DNA of 64,000 nt from Chthoniobacterales bacterium (GCA_038258815.1 JBBSPM010000014.1:20263-84262), one strand, 5' to 3'; numbered from the stretch's first letter, positions 36,783-47,383 are shown. The notes: generated by a model from the letters alone, not told the origin. Made by a program: numbers and translations.

Positions 36783-37661
36783 ATGAGCGACGCGTCGTCT
36801 CCGGCGAATGCATTGTCCGAAGGAATTGCGGAACGCGTGCTGGCGCGGCTGGGACTTTCGCGACGCCCCGAGCCTACGCTGGAAGGGCTGGGCGCGCTTT
36901 ACGGCGGGTGGTGTCAGGCCGTGCCGTTCGATAATGTCCGCAAGTTGATCCATGCGCGCGCGGGTCTCGATGAACCCTTCCCCGGCGGCACGGCGGCGGA
37001 TTTCTTCGCGGCTTGGTTGAAGCACGGGACGGGTGGCACGTGCTGGGCGGGCGCGGGTGCATTCCACGCGCTGCTCTCCTCGTTAGGCTTCGATGCCGAA
37101 CGGGGGATCGGGACGATGCTGGTCACGCCGGAGTTGCCGCCGAATCACGGCACCGTGCGCGTCCGGTTTGATGATGCGTATTATCTGGTGGATTGCTCGA
37201 ATCTTCACGGCGAGCCACTCCCACTTCACCATGGTGCCGAGACCAGAGTGACGCATCCTGCCTGGGGTGTGCGGTGCGCTCAGCGCGCGGGGCACTGGTA
37301 TGTGCACTGGCGTCCGCTGCAGCAAGTGGGCGGGCTCGACTGTCGCCTGGAGAGCTTTGGCGCGTCGCAGCAAGAGTATTTGCAGCGCTACGAGAAAACG
37401 CGCACCTGGAGTCCGTTTAACTATCAGGTCACCGCGCGCCTGAATCGCGGCGATCGCGTCACCGGCCTGGCCTTCGGTCAAGCCGTCACTCTTGCATCCG
37501 ATGGCACCGCGCAGGAACGACCCGTCACTCACGAAGAACGCCTGCGCGTGCTCATCGATGAGATCGGAGTGAGCGAAGAAATGGCGAGCCAACTTCCTGA
37601 GGACACGCCCACGCCGCCTCCGCCTTGGTCGCGGGCTGCGAAGGACGGCAGCGCATCCTAG
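36783..37661 (+). CDS. arylamine N-acetyltransferase family protein
   Basis: LGALYGGWCQAVPFDNVRK; HGTGGTCWAGAGAF (catalytic Cys context). Confidence 0.75.
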   Translation: MSDASSPANALSEGIAERVLARLGLSRRPEPTLEGLGALYGGWCQAVPFDNVRKLIHARAGLDEPFPGGTAADFFAAWLKHGTGGTCWAGAGAFHALLSSLGFDAERGIGTMLVTPELPPNHGTVRVRFDDAYYLVDCSNLHGEPLPLHHGAETRVTHPAWGVRCAQRAGHWYVHWRPLQQVGGLDCRLESFGASQQEYLQRYEKTRTWSPFNYQVTARLNRGDRVTGLAFGQAVTLASDGTAQERPVTHEERLRVLIDEIGVSEEMASQLPEDTPTPPPPWSRAAKDGSAS

Positions 37662-37696
37662 TGGCAACAAGCTCGCGGCTGTCCACGCCGGAAGAA

Positions 37697-38491
37697 CTAA
37701 GGTGTGAAGACCGCCGGCTCGCTCGTATAGAGCGCTGGATTCTGTTGAAAGAAGCGCTCCAACTCCGCGTATAACTTCGGACGCGCCTGCCGCAGCGCAT
37801 GCGGGCGTTCGAAAAACGCCTCCGTCGCCACCGCGAAAAACTCCGCCGGATTGGTCGCGCCATAGCCGTCCAGTAGCGTCGCGATGCCCGTCTCGTCCGA
37901 TGCCCGCAAGCTGGCAAATTCGATCCGCATCACCTCCGCCCAAGAACGCCGATCCTCGCGCGAGCTGAGCACCGGCGCGCCGTCCGCCGCGAAATCCTCA
38001 AAGTCGAGCTGATGCGCGAATTCATGGAGCACCAGATTCTTCCCGTCTGAAGGATCGAGCGCGCCGCCACGCGCGGCATCCCACGCCAGCACGAGAGAGC
38101 CCATCCGCTGCCCGGTCTCGCCCAGGCGCGCCTCGCGTCCCTCCTGCCAGATGTCACCGCTCACCGGCTGGCTTTGATCCACCACGAACCCGGAGGGATA
38201 AACCAGGATCGTGAGGAGGCGAGGATAATAATCCGTCTTCCGATGCAACAGGAGCAGGCAGGCCTGCGTGGCGATCGTCACCCGCATTTCCTCCGTCAAT
38301 TCCAGACCCGCACAGCCCTCAAATCGCTTCTCGGCCAGAAACACCTGCACCTGCCCGAGCAACTCCTCTTTGTCCGATTCCGCGAGTCGGGCAAAGAACG
38401 GCAGGTTCCGCGCGATGATGGCGCGCCACTCCTCCGGCACCGCCTGCGCGCGCAGACTCTTCCGTCGGCGTTCTTTCAAGAGATGGAACAT
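37697..38491 (-). CDS. mtfA: M90 zinc peptidase, MtfA-like
   Basis: MFHLLKERRRKS..., HEFAHQLD, NPAEFFAVATEAFFE. Confidence 0.85.
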   Translation of the reverse strand: MFHLLKERRRKSLRAQAVPEEWRAIIARNLPFFARLAESDKEELLGQVQVFLAEKRFEGCAGLELTEEMRVTIATQACLLLLHRKTDYYPRLLTILVYPSGFVVDQSQPVSGDIWQEGREARLGETGQRMGSLVLAWDAARGGALDPSDGKNLVLHEFAHQLDFEDFAADGAPVLSSREDRRSWAEVMRIEFASLRASDETGIATLLDGYGATNPAEFFAVATEAFFERPHALRQARPKLYAELERFFQQNPALYTSEPAVFTP

Positions 38492-38639
38492 GGAGAGCGA
38501 GTTTACCAGCGCGTCGCACTCGCCCCAAACAATTCTTCTGGCGAAGCGCGGAACGACGGGTTCGATCTCAGGCTTTCGCGCCAACTTCCGCTCCCGGTCT
38601 GGATTGACCCGCCCGTGGATCGGGTGTGGAGTTGGCCCG

Positions 38640-39110
38640 ATGAGAACGAACCGAATTATTGGGATGACAATGGCGCTCTGGCTGGCCGCAGCCTCGGCCG
38701 TTTGCGCTCAGGGGAATGGTCATTTGGGGAGATGGCACCTGCTCGGGGCGAAATCGCTATTCGCCGAGGGGATGGGACGGGAATCCACCCTCATCTACGA
38801 ACTGGCTGGCGATAAGGTGAAACTCACGATCGACGGCGTGGATCAGAACGCGACCGAGAACCGGGGCGTGTGGGTGGGAAAGTTCGACGGGAAGTTTTAC
38901 CCGGTGAAAGGCAACCTGCTTTTTGACGCGATGAGCCTCGAGGCCTCGAATGATCGGATGAACAAGGTCGCGGTCCGGAGAGGCGAGCGGGTTTTGTGGA
39001 CCGGAAAAAGCGCCGTCTCGCGCAACGGCAAAACCCTGATGATCACCGTGAGCGGCAAGAATCCCGCCGGAAAGAAATTCAAGAGTAAAGCGGTTTACAA
39101 GCGACCGTAG
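38640..39110 (+). CDS. hypothetical exported protein
   Basis: MRTNRIIGMTMALWLAAASAVCAQ signal peptide; beta-rich. Confidence 0.65.
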   Translation: MRTNRIIGMTMALWLAAASAVCAQGNGHLGRWHLLGAKSLFAEGMGRESTLIYELAGDKVKLTIDGVDQNATENRGVWVGKFDGKFYPVKGNLLFDAMSLEASNDRMNKVAVRRGERVLWTGKSAVSRNGKTLMITVSGKNPAGKKFKSKAVYKRP

Positions 39111-39219
39111 CCGGAGACTTAAGCCGGCCCGACAGAAAGCCGCCAGACTGCTCAAACATCGTCCTGACGAGACTTGCTGCCTTCGACGCGAGGAGCTGCT
39201 GACGCCAAAGAGATAAGGC

Positions 39220-40974
39220 CTAGGGTCGCGCGGCGGTGATCAGGTCCACGTGGTCCTGATATTCCGGTTTGGCTTTGACGGCGGATTCCGCGAGAGGGCG
39301 GGCGGCTTCGGGCTGGCCGGTCTCGGAGGCGAAGACGGCGGCGCGCCAGTTGCGGTCGGCGGCGTCGGGGGCGCTGGGCTGGAAGACGGAGAGGGAGATC
39401 TGGAGGAGCAGTTTGGCGGGGACTTTTCTCCAATCGAGCGGCGCGGTGCCGAAGGGGAGACGGAAGGTGATCTCGGAGTCGTTGGCTTTGGCGGCGCCGG
39501 TGTATTTGATACCTCCGATTTCGACCGGGGCGCGGAAGTGGCCGGCGTTCAGGTCGGCGATGAGCTGCTCTTTCCAGGTGATGAGCCATTCCATTTTTTT
39601 GCGCTCATTGGCCTGTGCTTCGGCGAGAGAGGGTTCGGTGACCTGGGCGCCATTAATGGTTTCGAGCGCGGTGGGGAATTCGTAGAGCGTGACCTTACCC
39701 CGGGCGTCGGCCAGGGCTTTCTCCCAGGCGGGCGATTCGGCGGCGAGGAGTTGCTGGCGTTTTGCTTCCTCGGCTTTTTTCTCGGTGGCGGCTTTGGCGA
39801 CGGCCTGTTTTTTTGCTTCGCGTTCGCGCTCCACGGCGGCGTCGCGGGGCGTGGAACTGGGGACTTGAGTCGGAGCAACGGTGGATTTCGGGGAAGGGGA
39901 CGACGGGACGATATCGGCGGACGCGGCCGGCTGTGCGCGCTGGAAGTAGACGACGCCTGCAATGGCGGCTGCCACCGCGAACAGGCCCAAGGTGATGAAG
40001 AGAAGGGGGCGGGCTTTTGCCCCGCTGGCGGGTTCGAGTTCGCCGCCGGCAGCGGCGCTTTCCAAGTCATGGATGAGATCGGCGTAGGAGGCGAAGCGTT
40101 GGCCAGGCTCGGGCGCGATCATCTGCATGATGATGCGCGCGGTGGGGCGGGAGATTTCGGGGTTAATGCTGCGGAGGTCGGGCGGATGGCTTTTCAGTTT
40201 CCGCAATTCGCTGGCGGAGGTGGTCTCACCTTCGATCGGCGGCTGGCCGGCGAGGGCGTGGAAGAGGGTGGCGCCGAGGCTGTAGATATCGCTGCGGAAA
40301 TCTTCGGGCTCGTTGTTCAATCGCTCGGGCGCGACGTAGTAGGGCGTGCCCCAGATTTCCCGCGCGGTTTCTGCATGCTGGCCGGCGGTGACGGCGAGCC
40401 CGAAGTCGCCGATCTTCGCCGTTTCGGCGTTGGCGAAGAGGATGTTGGCCGGTTTCACATCGCGGTGAACGAGGCCTTTTTCGTGCGCGGCTTGCAAACC
40501 TTTCGCGACCTGGATGCCGGCGCGGAGGACATCAGCCTCGGGAACGCGCGGGTGCTGGGCCATGAGGTCGTCGAGGCTGCCGTGCTCGACCAATTCCATC
40601 ACGAGGTAGATTTGATCGTGGGCGTGGCCGGTGGAGTAAACCTGAATGACGTGGGGGTGATTAACGGCGGCGGTGAGGCGGGCTTCCTGTTCGAGACGGG
40701 CGGCTTCCTCGGGATTCGCGCTGAGTTCTTTGCGCAAAAGTTTGAGGGCAACGAAGCGATCGAGCCGGGTATCGCGTGCTTTGTAAACGGAACCCATGCC
40801 GCCAACACCGAGGGTTTCGACGAGGAGAAAGTGATCGAAGGATTTCTGGGCACGGAGTTTCTCGCCGCACTTCGGACAGACGACGGTGGCGAGCGGTTCA
40901 GCCGCCGACGTGTCAACGAGGGTGCCGCAGGCGGGGCAGACTTGAGGCGGCGCGTCGTCGGGCATCGGGGTCAC
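39220..40974 (-). CDS. Hanks-type Ser/Thr protein kinase with N-terminal zinc ribbon, TM helix and C-terminal extracytoplasmic domain
   Basis: CPACG..CPKCG, GVGGMGSVYKA, HRDVKPANIL, DFGLA, APE. Confidence 0.92.
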   Translation of the reverse strand: MTPMPDDAPPQVCPACGTLVDTSAAEPLATVVCPKCGEKLRAQKSFDHFLLVETLGVGGMGSVYKARDTRLDRFVALKLLRKELSANPEEAARLEQEARLTAAVNHPHVIQVYSTGHAHDQIYLVMELVEHGSLDDLMAQHPRVPEADVLRAGIQVAKGLQAAHEKGLVHRDVKPANILFANAETAKIGDFGLAVTAGQHAETAREIWGTPYYVAPERLNNEPEDFRSDIYSLGATLFHALAGQPPIEGETTSASELRKLKSHPPDLRSINPEISRPTARIIMQMIAPEPGQRFASYADLIHDLESAAAGGELEPASGAKARPLLFITLGLFAVAAAIAGVVYFQRAQPAASADIVPSSPSPKSTVAPTQVPSSTPRDAAVEREREAKKQAVAKAATEKKAEEAKRQQLLAAESPAWEKALADARGKVTLYEFPTALETINGAQVTEPSLAEAQANERKKMEWLITWKEQLIADLNAGHFRAPVEIGGIKYTGAAKANDSEITFRLPFGTAPLDWRKVPAKLLLQISLSVFQPSAPDAADRNWRAAVFASETGQPEAARPLAESAVKAKPEYQDHVDLITAARP

Positions 40975-41113
40975 GGTAGCACCCGCAATTTTTGTGGGAA
41001 AGCGGAACGCGCGGGCGGGGCGAAAATTTTGTCATGATCGAGCGCGAAGTGAACACGGAGGGCGCTGGGTTGCGCGGGTTGCGGCTGGACCGCTTTCGTT
41101 AATTCCTACCGGC

Positions 41114-43747
41114 TCACTCTTCCCGCAGGAGTTTGGATGGATCGACGGCCAGCGCGCGCAGGGCTGGAAGAGCGGACGCCGCAAGGCCCAGCAGCGCCAT
41201 CGTGAGGACCGCGCCGAGCACGACCACTGGATCGCGCGTGTTTGCCTGATAGACGATCTGGCCGAGAAGTCGGCTGGCGAAGACGCATAGGAGCAGGCCC
41301 GCGAACGACCCGATTCCGAGCAGCACGATCGGCTTCCCCACCGCTGTGCCGACCACATGTTTTGTGCGCGCACCCAAGGCCACGCGGATACCGATCTCCT
41401 TCATCCGGCGGCTCACGTTGTAGGCTGCCATGCCGAAGATGCCCGTCACGGCCAGCATCGCCGCCAGCAGGCCCATGACTCCGAGCCCGGTGGCCGCCGC
41501 GTAGGACGGGAAGAGCGCTCCCGCCATCGCGTCGGGCCAGCTCTGCACCGTGATTGACGCAGCATCGGGCGCGAAGCCACCTAGAGTGTGTTCGAGCGCT
41601 GCCGCCATCTCATTCTGCGCCCGGTGCGACCGCACCACGAAAATCATGTTGGACTGCTCGTTTTGCGCCAACGGCAGATAGAAAGCCGGCAGTGGCGACT
41701 CGCCGATTTCATTATACTTGCCGTCCTCAATGACGCCCACCACTTCCCGCAAATGCTCCAAGACGATGAAGTGTTGTCCGAGCGCTGGTGTGTTGCCCCA
41801 CATCTTTCGCGCGAAGGCTACGTTAACTACTGCCACATACGGCGTCTCGGCGGTGTCATGCGGTGAAACATCGCGCCCACTCAGAAGCCGGGTGCTGGCA
41901 GCCTCAAAGTATCCGGGGGAAATCGTTAGCCCATACGGCTCCAGCACAGAATTGTTCAGGGTGAAGTCTGTCGTCTCGGGAGGGAAAACCGGAATACCCC
42001 GCAACCCGCCAGTGAAGGGCAGTTTGCTCACCGTCCCCGCCGCCGTCACGCCAGGGATGTTCCGCACCGTCTCGATCATCGCCTCCTTTTTTTCCAGCGG
42101 CACCTCGCCTTCTCCGCTCAGGTCGATCTCGGCCACGATTGCGCCCTTTGGCTGGAATCCCAGCGGAGCCTGCAGCATGCGCACCATCCCGCGGACCGCC
42201 ACGAATGACGCGATGACCAGGAGCGTGCAGATGGCAATTTGAGCGCTGACCAAGAGGTCGCGCAGCGAAAACCGGCGCAGGGGCGTGGTGTCAACCGGTC
42301 CGCTCTTCATCGCCTGCAACGGACTACTCTGCCAGACCTGCCGCGCCGGGATCATCCCGAAGAGCAGCCCGCTGATGAGGCTTAAGGTTAGAGCGGCTAG
42401 GTAGACAAGCGTATCGACACTGACTGCTACATGGCCATAGGGCGACGGCCACCGATTTAGCGCACCTAGCAGTAGGCTTGCGGTCACCAGCGCCGCAGCC
42501 CCTCCCAGTAACGACAACACCATCGCCTCGGTCATCAATTGCCGCATCAGCCGCCACCGGCTCGCTCCCAGGGCGACACGAAGCGCCAGTTCGCGGCTGC
42601 GATCAGCCGCGCGCGCCGCAAACAGGCTGGCCAGATTCGCGCACGCGGCCACTAGCACGAGCAGAGCGAGTCCGGTCACACCATATAGAAACCCGCGAAT
42701 GACGTCGCCGGTATCCGCGTAGAGTCCCGGACGGACCAGCCGCAGCGGGACTCCGGTGTCTGTCTTTGGATACTCCTTCGCCAACTGTGCTGCGATGGCA
42801 CTCAGGTCTTCCGCAGCCTGCTCGGGGGTTACGCCCGGTTTGGGCCGGCCAAGCACCGTCAAAGGTATGCCCTTTCGGTCCTGCAGATACTCCGCGCTGA
42901 AGCCATTCGCGACGGGTATCCAGTAATCTGGCCAGACAAATCGCTCCGTGCCGTGGAAAAGCGCCGGTGCCACGCCCACCACGGTGAAAGGATATTTTCC
43001 CAGCCGCACCTTGGTCCCGACGACGCCGGGATCGGCGTTAAATACGGTTCGCCAAAGACTATCGCTCAGCACCATATAGGGTGCGGAGTTCGGCCCGCGA
43101 TCGTCCGCCGAATGGATCAGTCGGCCTAGCTGCGGCTGCACTCCCAAGAAATCGAAATAGTCGCCGGTGACCGAATAACCCGAGACACTTTTTGCCGTGT
43201 CACCCCAGCGCAGTCTCCCGCCCGAATATCCGTAGAAGCCGGCCAAGGCGTTAAAGGTAGTGTTTCGCTGCCGGTAGTCCTCGAACGCAGGATATGAGGT
43301 CGTAAGTGCTTTAAAGCTCCTCCACGGCTGGAGACGAATCTGGTAGAGGTTGTGCGGGTCGCTCACCTCGAGAGGGCGCAGCAGGACCGCATTCACTACT
43401 CCAAAGACGACCACGTTTGCCCCGATGCCCAGCGCCAGGGTGAGGGTGGCTACGACCGTGAACACGGGGGATTTCCACAGCCCGCGCAGCGCGTAACGAA
43501 CATCCATGAACAAGTCTTCCAGGAACGGCACGCCCTCCTCGGCGCGATAGTCTTGTCGCATCGCTTCAACCGGTCCGAATGCGATGCCGGCCTGTCGCCG
43601 AGCCTCTGCGGGCGTCATGCCGGCGCGGATGTTTTCTTCCGTTTGGGCGGTCAGATGCGCTTCCATTTCTTCCCGGAGGCGCTCGCCGCCGCGTCGCCTG
43701 GTGACGAAGTTTCGCAAGCGGGTGGCGAAACGATGGAGCGGTCTCAA
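41114..43747 (-). CDS. ADOP-family duplicated FtsX/MacB-like permease
   Basis: Leader ..LREEMEAHLTAQTEENIRAGMTPAEARRQA.., DVRYALRGLWKSPVFT, and two FtsX modules. TTG start at 43747 overlaps the padR TGA (TTGA). Confidence 0.9.
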   Translation of the reverse strand: MRPLHRFATRLRNFVTRRRGGERLREEMEAHLTAQTEENIRAGMTPAEARRQAGIAFGPVEAMRQDYRAEEGVPFLEDLFMDVRYALRGLWKSPVFTVVATLTLALGIGANVVVFGVVNAVLLRPLEVSDPHNLYQIRLQPWRSFKALTTSYPAFEDYRQRNTTFNALAGFYGYSGGRLRWGDTAKSVSGYSVTGDYFDFLGVQPQLGRLIHSADDRGPNSAPYMVLSDSLWRTVFNADPGVVGTKVRLGKYPFTVVGVAPALFHGTERFVWPDYWIPVANGFSAEYLQDRKGIPLTVLGRPKPGVTPEQAAEDLSAIAAQLAKEYPKTDTGVPLRLVRPGLYADTGDVIRGFLYGVTGLALLVLVAACANLASLFAARAADRSRELALRVALGASRWRLMRQLMTEAMVLSLLGGAAALVTASLLLGALNRWPSPYGHVAVSVDTLVYLAALTLSLISGLLFGMIPARQVWQSSPLQAMKSGPVDTTPLRRFSLRDLLVSAQIAICTLLVIASFVAVRGMVRMLQAPLGFQPKGAIVAEIDLSGEGEVPLEKKEAMIETVRNIPGVTAAGTVSKLPFTGGLRGIPVFPPETTDFTLNNSVLEPYGLTISPGYFEAASTRLLSGRDVSPHDTAETPYVAVVNVAFARKMWGNTPALGQHFIVLEHLREVVGVIEDGKYNEIGESPLPAFYLPLAQNEQSNMIFVVRSHRAQNEMAAALEHTLGGFAPDAASITVQSWPDAMAGALFPSYAAATGLGVMGLLAAMLAVTGIFGMAAYNVSRRMKEIGIRVALGARTKHVVGTAVGKPIVLLGIGSFAGLLLCVFASRLLGQIVYQANTRDPVVVLGAVLTMALLGLAASALPALRALAVDPSKLLREE

Positions 43748-44091
43748 GCCAGTTCCTCGGCTGTCACCTCGAAGAAGCGCGCGATGATCGTCGCTCGCTT
43801 TTCCCAGGCGCGCTTCTCGGTGCCCAGGAGTTTGCGGCCCGGAGGCGTCAGCCGATAGAAGCGCGCTCGGCGGTTGTTTTCGGATGGGGCCCATTCCGAT
43901 TCGACCGCACCTTCCTGTTCCAGCCGGAGCAGGACCGGGTAAAGCGTGCCCTGATTCACCGAAAGGAGATCGCCGCTGATCTGCTCAATGCGTCGGGCGA
44001 TCCCATAACCGTGCAGCGGTCCCAACACATCGAGTGTCTTCAGGACCATCAGGGCCAAGGTTCCTTGTTGGACATCTTTGTTCGGTTTCAT
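43744..44091 (-). CDS. PadR family transcriptional regulator
   Basis: GTLALMVLKTLDVLGPLHGYGIARRIEQISGDLLSVNQGTLYPVLLRLEQEG. Confidence 0.9.
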   Translation of the reverse strand: MKPNKDVQQGTLALMVLKTLDVLGPLHGYGIARRIEQISGDLLSVNQGTLYPVLLRLEQEGAVESEWAPSENNRRARFYRLTPPGRKLLGTEKRAWEKRATIIARFFEVTAEELA

Positions 44092-44444
44092 TGGCTTACC
44101 CACAGGAGAGTGTCTTGTTTCCATTGGGAAAGCAACAGGTAATCGCGATCACGTCGGCGATTGCCCTTTCCGGCCGCCGCACGTAGGAAGGCCCAGACGC
44201 GCAGGTAGCTTCGTCCAGGATTAGCCGGCGGAGCAGGCGAGCGCCCCGTTACAGGGCCTTGAGCTTGTCGCAGCGGCTCGGAGCGCCAAACGCGGAATTC
44301 CTCATCGCCCTGGTCGCCGCGCTGGACGACCGCGCGAAGCCGCCCGACCTCGACCGCTTTCCCGAATGGCGCGACCAGCCACCCGTCTCGTCGACGCCTC
44401 TTGGCCTGATTGAATTCGATCACAGGCGCCGCGGTCGCCCCCGA

Positions 44445-44858
44445 CTACGGGATCGGCACTTCTATTGCCTTCAACCCAGGCACATCCTGAAAGTCCTTCG
44501 CGTTCGCTGTCAGGAGCGTGAACCCGCGCTGGACGGCCTGAGCGGCGAGCCAGAGATCCTGGATGCGGAAGTCCGCGCCGCGACCGGCGAGTTCCAGCTT
44601 GGCGGCGAGGTCGCCGAAGACTTCGGCGGTTTCGCCGGTGATTCGGAGCAGCGGCTTGCGGCGCAGGCGGCGGAGCATGGCTGCGGCCCGTTGCTTTTTG
44701 CGCGCGTCCGTCATCAGCCCGATCCCAAAACGCAGTTCGGCGATGTTAACGGGTGAGAGATAGACAGCGTGCTGCTGGGTGATGGCGTGGATATCCGCGG
44801 CGCCAAATCGGCCGCGTTCGACGGCAATCCAAAGGTTCGTATCGATCAGGAACCCCAT
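44445..44858 (-). CDS. vapC: type II toxin VapC (PIN domain)
   Basis: MGFLIDTNLWIAVERG...DLWLAAQAVQRGFTLLTANAKDF. Confidence 0.9.
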   Translation of the reverse strand: MGFLIDTNLWIAVERGRFGAADIHAITQQHAVYLSPVNIAELRFGIGLMTDARKKQRAAAMLRRLRRKPLLRITGETAEVFGDLAAKLELAGRGADFRIQDLWLAAQAVQRGFTLLTANAKDFQDVPGLKAIEVPIP

Positions 44859-45118
44859 GGATTTCGCAGGTCGCGAAGCGTTTCCCCGGCCCGTTTTCCG
44901 CGGGCGACCGCGCCGGCGAGCGCATCCGCCGTCTCATCGTCGAGCGTGCGGAAGAGGTCGCCAAAAACTTCCAACGCGGTCTGCGCTGCCGGTTCCGGGA
45001 CGAGCCGGGCGACGGGCTTGTGATTGCGCGTAAGGATGATTTCCTCCTGCCCCGTTTCCACGCGGTCCATGACAGCACTGAAGTTGCGGGCGACCTCGGT
45101 AACATTGAGCGTCTTCAT
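44846..45118 (-). CDS. Phd/YefM-type antitoxin
   Basis: MKTLNVTEVARNFSAVMDRVETGQEEIILTRNHKPVARLVP. Overlaps vapC by 13 nt. Confidence 0.8.
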   Translation of the reverse strand: MKTLNVTEVARNFSAVMDRVETGQEEIILTRNHKPVARLVPEPAAQTALEVFGDLFRTLDDETADALAGAVARGKRAGETLRDLRNPWGS

Positions 45119-45564
45119 TTGCAGGAACGTATCAGATGCCATCTGATGAGCAATGGATTTCGCGCGCTGAGTGGACCCGGAGGAGCGACCAGGCACATTC
45201 TTTCCGGTGGTGTCGCGCCCATCTACATCGGTGAGGTGCCGGGGTTGCCCGGCGAGAGCGGCAAGCCCCTGGCCGCGTCGCGTGCGGTCTGCGGATCGCG
45301 CGAGTGGATGCGCGCGCCTTTTCCGCACCGAGCATGAGACACACGCGAGGGCGAGGTTTTTTAACCGGCAATATTCGCAGCGATGCTTTGCGCGCGCTTC
45401 ACCGCCACCCCAGCGCGGTCTTCCGCTCGAAAATCCGTAGGAGGCGGCGAGGGAGCTATTCGCCGAGGTGGCAGAGTTCACGGCAGAGCCTCGCCTTCGT
45501 TGTTTAATCACTCGGGCGCGACATAATGCAGCGTGCATTGGATTTGGAGGTGTGACGTTTCTTT

Positions 45565-46467
45565 ATGATTGAGCGCGAAGTGTTGGCGGGAAGTGCGGGG
45601 CAGCGGCTGGATCGGTTTCTGGCGCTGGAGCTGCCGGATTTTTCGCGCTCGCGTTTGCAGGCGTTGATCACGGACGGGTGCGTGAAGTTAAACGGTGCGG
45701 TGCCGCGGACGCGGGAACTGGTGAAGGTGGGCGATGTGGTGCAACTGGAGGTGCCGGCGCTGGAGAAAATAGAGGCGGCGCCGGAGGAGATCGCGTTCCC
45801 GATTCTCTTCGAGGACGAGGATTTGATCGTGATCGATAAGCCGGCCGGATTGGTGGTGCATCCCGGCGCGGGGAATGAGGACGGGACGCTGGTGAATGCG
45901 CTGCTGCACCATTGCCAGACGCTTTCGGGGATTGGCGGGAAAGAGCGGCCGGGGATCGTGCATCGGCTGGATAAGGAGACGAGCGGTTGTCTGGTCGTGG
46001 CGAAGAACGACACGGCGCATCGGGAGCTTTCGAAGCAGTTTGCCGCGCGGACGTTGAAGAAAATCTACCTCGCGCTGGTGGCGGGGCAATTGAAGAAAGC
46101 GTCCGGCACGATCGATGCGCCGATCGCGCGGCATCCGGTGCATCGGCAGCGAATGAGTGTTTCGCGCACCTCGCGCGGGCGTTCCGCGATGACGGAATAC
46201 CGCGTGGTGCGCGCCGGACTCGAAATGAGCTTGGTGGAGTGCGCGCTGCACAGCGGCAGGACGCATCAGATCCGCGTGCATCTGCATCACCTGGGGAATC
46301 CGGTGCTGGGGGACAAGCTCTATGCGGCGAAGGCAGCGAAGGGGTTTCCGCGGCAGATGTTGCATGCCTGGCGGCTGGGCTTTACGCATCCGCGGAGCGG
46401 GGAGTGGAAGGAGTTCGAGGCGCCGTTGCCGGAGGATTTTGCGCAAGCATTGGCGAAGCTGGCGTAG
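45565..46467 (+). CDS. rluD: RluA-family 23S rRNA pseudouridine synthase
   Basis: S4-like N-terminus, HRLDKETSGCLVVAKN, HQIRVH. Confidence 0.92.
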   Translation: MIEREVLAGSAGQRLDRFLALELPDFSRSRLQALITDGCVKLNGAVPRTRELVKVGDVVQLEVPALEKIEAAPEEIAFPILFEDEDLIVIDKPAGLVVHPGAGNEDGTLVNALLHHCQTLSGIGGKERPGIVHRLDKETSGCLVVAKNDTAHRELSKQFAARTLKKIYLALVAGQLKKASGTIDAPIARHPVHRQRMSVSRTSRGRSAMTEYRVVRAGLEMSLVECALHSGRTHQIRVHLHHLGNPVLGDKLYAAKAAKGFPRQMLHAWRLGFTHPRSGEWKEFEAPLPEDFAQALAKLA

Positions 46468-46656
46468 CCGTTGGACCGGCGGAAGGCGCCGCCGGACATC
46501 ATTATTTTTGTTCTATTCAAATTTTTTTGCATCCGCTGCTGTTTGCCGCTCGTATGCCTCCCAACGAGCCGCAAGTTCGTTCTCCCGAATTCGTCACGCG
46601 CGTGACGGCGGGGGAACAGATGAGCGTGTCAGAAACCAGAAAAGTTCCCTAACCAA

Positions 46657-47358
46657 ATGATCAAAAACAAATTCATCCTGACTCTCGCTGCGGGTCTCTG
46701 CTTCCTTGGGTTGCAAGAAGTCCGTGCGAACCATATCGATTTCACCCAAGATGGCGCATTTACGCAGACTGGCCCTGGTAGCCAGTCGGTGATGGGTGCC
46801 GCAACTAACATCCTCGGCGCTGCTCGTTTTGTCACCGTCGCGGGCCTGAATGCCGCGGCGTCTTCGACCGCTGCCGGTCCTCTCACGTTCATGTCCGGCG
46901 CCAGCGGTGGTTCTTTGACGCTCGGCTACGGGACGCTCTACGGCGGTGGTGCTTATAGTGCGAACTACATCAACCCAGGGACGAATAATTGGGACTCGAT
47001 TCGCGTCAGTCTGGGTAGTGTGACCGCGGGAGCGACCGGCTTGGTGGGACTGTCGGTGCAAGATAGCACCGGAGCGACCTTCACTTTCGCCTCGCAAGCT
47101 CTGACCGGTGCAGGAAATTACATTTTCTTGCACAGCGCCGCTCCGGGAATCAATTTCCTGGCGATCACCGGCACGCAGTTGACGCTTTCTGGCGTGAGTG
47201 CAAACGCCACAGTCAATTTTGTGGTCGGTAACGGTCCTGCCGCAGGCCCTGGTGGCATCACGCGTTTCACGGCCGTTCCGGAGCCTGGCACGGTCGCTCT
47301 CAGTGTGATCGGCGGGCTCGGAATGCTCGGGCTCCTTCGCCGTCGTCGGTTGTCCTAA
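46657..47358 (+). CDS. PEP-CTERM sorting-domain exported protein
   Basis: Signal peptide plus C-terminal VPEPGTVALSVIGGLGMLGLLRRRRLS. Confidence 0.85.
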   Translation: MIKNKFILTLAAGLCFLGLQEVRANHIDFTQDGAFTQTGPGSQSVMGAATNILGAARFVTVAGLNAAASSTAAGPLTFMSGASGGSLTLGYGTLYGGGAYSANYINPGTNNWDSIRVSLGSVTAGATGLVGLSVQDSTGATFTFASQALTGAGNYIFLHSAAPGINFLAITGTQLTLSGVSANATVNFVVGNGPAAGPGGITRFTAVPEPGTVALSVIGGLGMLGLLRRRRLS

Positions 47359-47383
47359 CGATAAAGTTAGTTGGTTTTGCTGC

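Noticed and set aside
39250-41037. 595-aa ORF on the plus strand
   Set aside because: It is antisense to the Ser/Thr kinase. The translation is Gly/Arg/Glu-rich and low in complexity, typical of a shadow ORF in high-GC DNA.
44088-44423. 111-aa ORF between padR and vapC
   Set aside because: Poor composition and no motif. It partly overlaps the padR start region. Left unannotated.
46468-46500. Hairpin CCGGCGG..CCGCCGG after rluD as a terminator
   Set aside because: The stem is short and the T-run is separated from it by 9 nt. Too weak to call.
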